64,000 nt of DNA from an uncultured Verrucomicrobiae bacterium. GTDB lineage: Bacteria > Verrucomicrobiota > Verrucomicrobiia > Limisphaerales > Palsa-1400. The notes under the pieces are model-generated. The model had not been told where the DNA came from, searched no databases, and saw only the letters and a program-made list of their open reading frames with translations. The stretch lies in contig CAVXRD010000004.1 of the NCBI GenBank assembly GCA_963764165.1, positions 96,001 through 160,000 of the forward strand. Reading direction: 5' to 3'. Below, piece after piece: positions 58,523 through 64,000 of the stretch. The stretch's first letter is position 1. Every line of letters starts with the position of its first letter. The position numbers were made by a program, and so were the translations under genes.

Positions 58523-60124
58523 TCATTGCGGGATGGTGTTGTAGAAGCGGGCGGGGTAATTGGGGGCGTTGGTGTCGGTGAATTGCATCAGCCCGTTGGT
58601 GTCGGCGGCGGCGGTGCCTATGCCGAACCAGTTGGTCAGGTTTTGGCTGGATTCGATGGTGAAGATTTCGCCGGGGGAGCCTTGAGTCTGGAGCAGCATC
58701 GAGCCGTTCGATGTCTTTTGCAATTTGACCGGCGAATATTTGATGAGGACAAATTCGGTTCCGCCAGCCCCGGTGTCTTCATAGCCAGCGACGTAGACAT
58801 TTCCCGCGTTATCCACCGCAATGGCGTTGCCGACGGCATTGCCTCCGCTGGGCGCGGCGTAGGTTTGCAGCCAAAGCTGATTGCCATTCGGGCCGTAGGC
58901 GATGGTGACGATACCGGTGGTGGAACCTGTGCATGACCATCCCGTCACATACGAATTGCCAAACGAATCAATGGCAATGGCGGCGGCCAGACTGCGCACA
59001 TTCTGAGATGCCACGGCCGGATAGAGGTCTGTCCACGCCCAATCCGCATTGGTATCGGCTTTGTAGGTTCCGAACAGTAATGTACCCCACGAATAATGGG
59101 GGCCAGCATAACACGAGGTTCCTGTCACTATCGCATTTCCTTGGTGATCCAACCCAAGTGCATAAGGTCCCAAATCACTACAGTCAACAGGGTCGCTATC
59201 GCTCCAAAGCACATCTCCCCCAACACCGAACTTTATCGTGCAAGCAGGAAAACTATAGACATTTGCTTCAGCCCAAATGTTTCCGAATACGTCGATGGCA
59301 AGGGTAGTTATTGTGAATAGACCTCCAGCTAATTGGTAGGAGCCTGCCCATATTTGACTCCCGTTTGCGGCATATTTCACCAAAAGAAATTTATATTCTA
59401 GATAGTCATACGGATAGTTGCCGGCCACATAGGTGTTGCCGGCGCTGTCCACGGTAACCGCTTCGGCATATCCTGGACCCCAGTAGGATGACCCGGGATA
59501 CGTGTTCATCCACAGATTGCTCCCCATCGAATTGAGTTTTACCGTCGCGTTGGATGACCCAAATCCGGTGATGGCAACATTTCCGTTTGTGTCGACCGCC
59601 ATTGATGCACCGTCGTAGGGCGCAGTCCAAAGCTCATTTCCGTTGGAGTCGTATTTGGCGGTGAGCGCACTACCGGTAATGATCACGTTGTTGCTGTTAT
59701 CGAGAGCCAGGGCTGCCGGTTCGGCCAATGGAAAATTCGTGGAATCATAACGGGCCACCCAAATTTGGATTCCGTTCGGAGCGTATTTGACGGTCGCGTA
59801 GCCAAGGTTAGTCTTGGCGTTCTGTGAAAACCCAGTCAGCAGAATGTTTGAACTGGAATCCATTGCCATTTTGACGGCCTGATTGGTGCCGTTGGTGATA
59901 CCGTTGTTGTAATGAGCTATCCAGGCTTGTTGGATTTGGGCGTGGGCGGAGACGGAGGAGAGGAGGGACGTGATTAAAGAAAAGAAAGTTATGATCCGGG
60001 CAGCTCGTTGCCCGCAATCATTTGCGAGCGATGGGAGCGGACGCCTCGGCGAGGCGTCCCTACCTTGAAGAGAAGTCACGGCTCGACGGAGTCTCGCCCT
60101 ACCAGAATGGCAGGTATCTGTCAT
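58523..60124 (-). CDS. SBBP-repeat beta-propeller secreted protein, paralog 2
   Basis: Repeated (A/V)DxxGNxYVxG and KYxxNGxxxW units; signal ends SAHAQ. Confidence 0.85.
   Translation of the reverse strand: MTDTCHSGRARLRRAVTSLQGRDASPRRPLPSLANDCGQRAARIITFFSLITSLLSSVSAHAQIQQAWIAHYNNGITNGTNQAVKMAMDSSSNILLTGFSQNAKTNLGYATVKYAPNGIQIWVARYDSTNFPLAEPAALALDNSNNVIITGSALTAKYDSNGNELWTAPYDGASMAVDTNGNVAITGFGSSNATVKLNSMGSNLWMNTYPGSSYWGPGYAEAVTVDSAGNTYVAGNYPYDYLEYKFLLVKYAANGSQIWAGSYQLAGGLFTITTLAIDVFGNIWAEANVYSFPACTIKFGVGGDVLWSDSDPVDCSDLGPYALGLDHQGNAIVTGTSCYAGPHYSWGTLLFGTYKADTNADWAWTDLYPAVASQNVRSLAAAIAIDSFGNSYVTGWSCTGSTTGIVTIAYGPNGNQLWLQTYAAPSGGNAVGNAIAVDNAGNVYVAGYEDTGAGGTEFVLIKYSPVKLQKTSNGSMLLQTQGSPGEIFTIESSQNLTNWFGIGTAAADTNGLMQFTDTNAPNYPARFYNTIPQ
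60039..60103. repeat. Two REPs of different families in tandem
   Basis: GGACGCCTCGGCGAGGCGTCCCTACC at 60039-60064; GGCTCGACGGAGTCTCGCCCTACC at 60080-60103. Confidence 0.8.
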
Positions 60125-61629
60125 TGCGGGATGGTGTTGTAGAAGCGGGCCGTGTAATTGGGGGCGTTGGTGTCGGTGAACTGCATCAGGCCGTTGGTGT
60201 CGGCGGTGGCGGTGCCTATGCCGAACCAGTTGGTCAGGTTTTGGCTGGCTTCGATGGTGAAGATTTCGCCGGGGGAGCCGAGAGCCTGAAGCAGCATCGA
60301 GCCGTTTGATGTCTTTTGCAGTTTGACCGGCGAATATTTGATGAGGACAAATTCGGTTCCGCCAGCCCCGGTGTCCTCATAGCCAGCGACGTAGACATTT
60401 CCCGCGTTATCCACCGCAATGGCGTTGCCGACGGCATTGCCTCCGCTGGGCGCGGCGTAGGTTTGCAGCCAAAGCTGATTGCCATTCGGGCCGTAGGCGA
60501 TGGTGACGATGCCGGTGGTTGAGCCTGTAAACGAGTAGCCCGTTACATACGAATTGCCAAATGAATCGATAGCAATCGCGTATGCGCCGCTGTGCACGGA
60601 CGGCGACGCGGGCATTACCGGGTAATTGTTTGTCCACTGCCAATCGCCATTCGTATCGGCTTTGTATGTTCCGTATACCGTAGTCGCAAACGTATAAATA
60701 TTCGACACATAACATGAAGATCCTGTCACTACCGCGTTGCCGCCAGCATCTAACGCTAACACATGCGGGTCTTCGTCGCCGCAATTCGCATCTGGATTCG
60801 AATTGGCCCAAAGCAGAGTCCCCCCGCCTCCGAACTTCATCGAGCCGGGGACGGCATCACTGAAGTTAGCGGCAATCCATACGTTCCCATATAAATCGAC
60901 TGTCATCGTCATTATTGTAAACGGCACTGTATCCAAATTCCCGCGTTCCGCTCCGGTCCAGACTTGGTTTCCGCTCGGATCGTATTTGATCAAATGCAGT
61001 TCGATATCAACGAAATCATCGGGACCATTTTGATATTCACCAGCTACGTAAGTATTGCCAGCAGAGTCCACTGCCAGGCCTCTCGTAATGCTGGCGCTCC
61101 AATAGGAACTCGGAAACGTCTGCGTCCACAAATTGCTTCCCGCTGGACTCAATTTGACCGCCTCAGTTAATGACCCGAATCCCGTCAGCGCCACGTTTCC
61201 ATTTGTATCAATTCCCATTGATGTGCCGGCGTAGGGCGCCGTCCAAAGCTGATTTCCGTTGGAATCATATTTGACTGTGAGAGCGCTTCCGGTGACAAAG
61301 ACATTATTGCTGATATCCAACACCAATACAGCGGGAACTGCGGCCGGAAAATTTGTGGAATCGTAGCGGGCCTGCCAGAGCGTGCTTCCGTTTGGGGCAT
61401 ATTTGATGGTAGCATAACCAAGATTAGTAGCGACGTTTTCGGACAGCCCTGTGACGCAAATGTTGCCAAGCGAATCAAGCGCCATCTTGACCACTTGATT
61501 CGTTCCCTCGGGAAAGCCGTTGTCGTATCGCTCCACCCACGCCTGTTGAATCTGAGCGCCAGCCAACAGTGGAAATAGCATTATGTAGAGAAATAAAGAT
61601 GATGTTTTGAAGCACGACATTTTAGCCAT
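60121..61629 (-). CDS. SBBP-repeat beta-propeller secreted protein, paralog 1
   Basis: Same repeat architecture as 58523..60124; signal ends LAGAQ; start uncertain (ORF extends to 61671). Confidence 0.85.
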   Translation of the reverse strand: MAKMSCFKTSSLFLYIMLFPLLAGAQIQQAWVERYDNGFPEGTNQVVKMALDSLGNICVTGLSENVATNLGYATIKYAPNGSTLWQARYDSTNFPAAVPAVLVLDISNNVFVTGSALTVKYDSNGNQLWTAPYAGTSMGIDTNGNVALTGFGSLTEAVKLSPAGSNLWTQTFPSSYWSASITRGLAVDSAGNTYVAGEYQNGPDDFVDIELHLIKYDPSGNQVWTGAERGNLDTVPFTIMTMTVDLYGNVWIAANFSDAVPGSMKFGGGGTLLWANSNPDANCGDEDPHVLALDAGGNAVVTGSSCYVSNIYTFATTVYGTYKADTNGDWQWTNNYPVMPASPSVHSGAYAIAIDSFGNSYVTGYSFTGSTTGIVTIAYGPNGNQLWLQTYAAPSGGNAVGNAIAVDNAGNVYVAGYEDTGAGGTEFVLIKYSPVKLQKTSNGSMLLQALGSPGEIFTIEASQNLTNWFGIGTATADTNGLMQFTDTNAPNYTARFYNTIPQ

Positions 61630-62903
61630 TCCGAACGCATTGAGTTTTTGCAAGATCCTCTTCAAAGTCAAGTGGGTTTTGTGAAGGGGTATAAGGTATA
61701 ATCAAGGGCGCATCTCAGTTTTTGTGAGGGCGGACTTCTGCAAAAGCCCGGCAGGTCGGCAAGTGATCGCCCTCACCCCCCAAAGCTTGGCGGGGAGAGA
61801 AAAGGGGAGAGGGGCAGCTCATTAAAACTCGGAGAGTCCAGGCGCATTGAGGGCCGATGGATTTCAGTCGTTTCCTAACCGCCCCTCTCCCCGCTGCGCG
61901 GGGCGAGGGAATCCGCGATTCGCCGGCAAGGGATTGCCAAAAAGAGATGCGACCGCATTATCGAAGGGTGTGGGTGAGGTTCGCGGATCGTTGGGCGGTG
62001 ACGCGGCTGTGTCGGAGGCCAGCCGCTGCACGCTCATATCCTCAGTCGCGTCTTTCCGCTTCGGCTGGCCTGCGACAAAGCTGCGCCCGGCCAAAAAGCA
62101 CCTGCCCGGGCGCCCCCTTCGCTTTTGACTTCGGCCCGCCTGAACAATCGATGCCTCGTTTGTCACGCTTCCATAATACCACTAAAGCGTGTAAATGCAA
62201 TCTTAATTGACGCCGAGGGCCTTTCGGCCTTATGTTTGTCCCTGCCGCCGCCACGGCGCGTTCTTTGACATTTTGCGGACTTCCGCGCCAAGGGAACAGT
62301 TGTTCCTGGCCGGGCAGGCGCCTCGTCATTCCGAGGCGGGGCCGCCTCGGCGAAGGGATCCCCGCCAAATCGCGACCGGGGCATTGCACGCTATTGCACC
62401 CTATTGCACTCTGGGTTTTTTTTGCGACAAGGCGGGTGTCTTCACCCAGTTTTTTCTCCAAAAATCGTGCCTGAAAACCTCTGGTAGGTTTTCTGTTTTC
62501 ATTTCCATGTGCCAGAATGCGTCCATGTGCATATATGTGATAGGTGTGACGGGGCTGAGGACCGATTGGAAATGGGGCCTGCGGCGTTGGGCCGAATCGT
62601 CTGCCAACCACCGCTTCGTGAAGGCGTCTGGCGCGTGGCGCCCCGCTCGGTCCTCAACAACCGCGATGGCGCGTTTGCAGATGTAAACATAAGCAAACCA
62701 AGGCAAACATAGGTAAAGAAAGGTTCCCATTGAGAGAAATGACGAAGCGCTTGAAAAATCCAGGCTGGCCGCCAGCCGGGATGCCTGCCGGGTGCTGCCC
62801 ACCGCCCTCGCCGGAAGGGTTCCATGCCCTCCCTGCGAGAAGGGATGCAAAAGCGCGCGATACAATTTGCGTTTTTGACAATGTTGCCGCTATATTCCAC
62901 GCA

Positions 62904-64000
62904 ATGAGAAGGATTTCCAGTTGCTCTGTTCTGTGGGTGAGACTTGCAATGATTCTCGCCACCAGCGCGTGCTTCGGCTCGGATTCGCTCCAGTGGCGCG
63001 CCAAAGACAAACAGGTCTCGGCGGACATCCAGACTTCGGATCTTTATTCCCTCCTCGGAAAAATTGCCGCTCAAACGGGCTGGAAAGTGTTCGTCGAAGC
63101 AGGCGCGAGCTCTTCCGTCTCTGTGAAATTCAAGGACATTCCGCAGGACGAAGCGCTCCATCGGATGCTGGGCAAATTGAATTACTCGCTTTTTTCGTCC
63201 AACGGCGTCGAATGCCTTAAGGTTTATCGGACGAGCGTCAAAGCGGCATCTCAGGCGATTGCCGCGGCGAAAAAGGATTACCGCATTCACGATCAGGACT
63301 TGGTGAAGCTCAAGCGCGGTGCGACCAATTCCGTTGATCAGCTCGCGAAGAAAGTTGGCGCGACGGTAGCGGCGCGTGATGACCGCATTGGACTTTACAA
63401 ATTGCAGTTCCCGGATGGGTCGAGCGCAGACGCAGCTTTGCAATCGCTGGCTTCCGATCCTTCAGTAGCAGCGGCGGATGGAAATTATTCCATTGACCGT
63501 CCGACTCCCGCCCAAATCACGCCCGTTGCCTCATCCGCCAATTCCCTTTTGAATATAAATCCGCAACCGAATCCCAATGGCCCAGTTATCGGGCTCGTGG
63601 ATACGTCCGTTGATCCTCCAGCCCAGTTTTCTCCCTACGTCTTGACTCCCATCAATGTCACCGGCCAGGATGATCCGCCCGGCGCTGATCCTTCGCACGG
63701 GACAAGCATGCTGGAAACGATGCTCGAAGCGATGTCGAGCAATCCGAGCAAAATTCTCCCCATCGATATATACGGCTCCGGCGAAAGCACTTCGACTTAT
63801 GAAATGATGGAGGGGATAGTTTCGGGCATCAATGCCGGAGCAAATCCCATCAGCATTAGCTCGGGCGGCACCGGTTATAGCACAATGCTCGGGCAACTGA
63901 TTCAGGAGGGCGAGCAAAAAGGAATCACTTTCGTCGCCGCGGCTGGCAATACGCCCGGTGAAGGCGAAGTTTATCCCGCCTTTTATCCCGGCGTTATCTC
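62904..64000 (+). CDS. S8 peptidase with N-terminal secretin/STN-like domain, 3'-truncated by the window
   Basis: Manual translation (absent from the ORF track because there is no stop): MRRISS...LLGKIAAQTGW...IGLVDTSV...HGTSM...FVAAAGN...YPAFYPGVI. Confidence 0.8.
   Translation, partial: MRRISSCSVLWVRLAMILATSACFGSDSLQWRAKDKQVSADIQTSDLYSLLGKIAAQTGWKVFVEAGASSSVSVKFKDIPQDEALHRMLGKLNYSLFSSNGVECLKVYRTSVKAASQAIAAAKKDYRIHDQDLVKLKRGATNSVDQLAKKVGATVAARDDRIGLYKLQFPDGSSADAALQSLASDPSVAAADGNYSIDRPTPAQITPVASSANSLLNINPQPNPNGPVIGLVDTSVDPPAQFSPYVLTPINVTGQDDPPGADPSHGTSMLETMLEAMSSNPSKILPIDIYGSGESTSTYEMMEGIVSGINAGANPISISSGGTGYSTMLGQLIQEGEQKGITFVAAAGNTPGEGEVYPAFYPGVI

Noticed and set aside
58523..60521. Diversity-generating retroelement TR/VR pair
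   Set aside because: Mismatches include G/C swaps and are not adenine-specific, both copies are coding, and no reverse transcriptase is in the window.
62499..63917. Minus-strand ORFs 62499..63443 and 63531..63917
   Set aside because: They are antisense to the truncated plus-strand S8 gene, which carries clear catalytic motifs.

Overview
A GC-rich bacterial chromosomal window. Gene content (DUF1549/DUF1553 + DUF1501 pair, PEP-CTERM-like protein, SBBP-repeat proteins, alternative complex III) suggests Verrucomicrobiota, probably Pedosphaera-like; this is an inference. It holds housekeeping genes (rhlE, kdsA, lptB, tadA, lipA, trmL, truA, ruvX, lpxI, hemL, nadE, tRNA-Val), a RelE/ParE toxin-antitoxin pair, an ABC exporter locus, sugar dehydrogenases, a GH2, two subtilases and many REP/REPIN palindromes. 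Five things stand out. (1) An alternative complex III operon with a Rex-like operator ends in a CcoN-like protein that appears to have lost all six heme/copper His ligands, followed by intact CcoO-like and cytochrome c genes. (2) A tightly coupled operon joins LPS genes (kdsA, a 642-aa LptA/C-like protein, lptB) to a flavin halogenase-like enzyme, an MMPL-acyltransferase fusion, LolA-like and FabZ-like genes. (3) A c-di-AMP (ydaO-type) riboswitch precedes a flotillin/SPFH gene, next to a helically phased TGTAGCGG array and an orphan gene pair. (4) Exported proteins show a marked Thr-Asn enrichment. (5) Two tandem SBBP paralogs have near-identical 3' ends but divergent cores. Two single-base frameshifts (dienelactone hydrolase, actC) are more likely sequencing errors than real lesions. 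All assignments come from motif recognition by eye; no searches were run.
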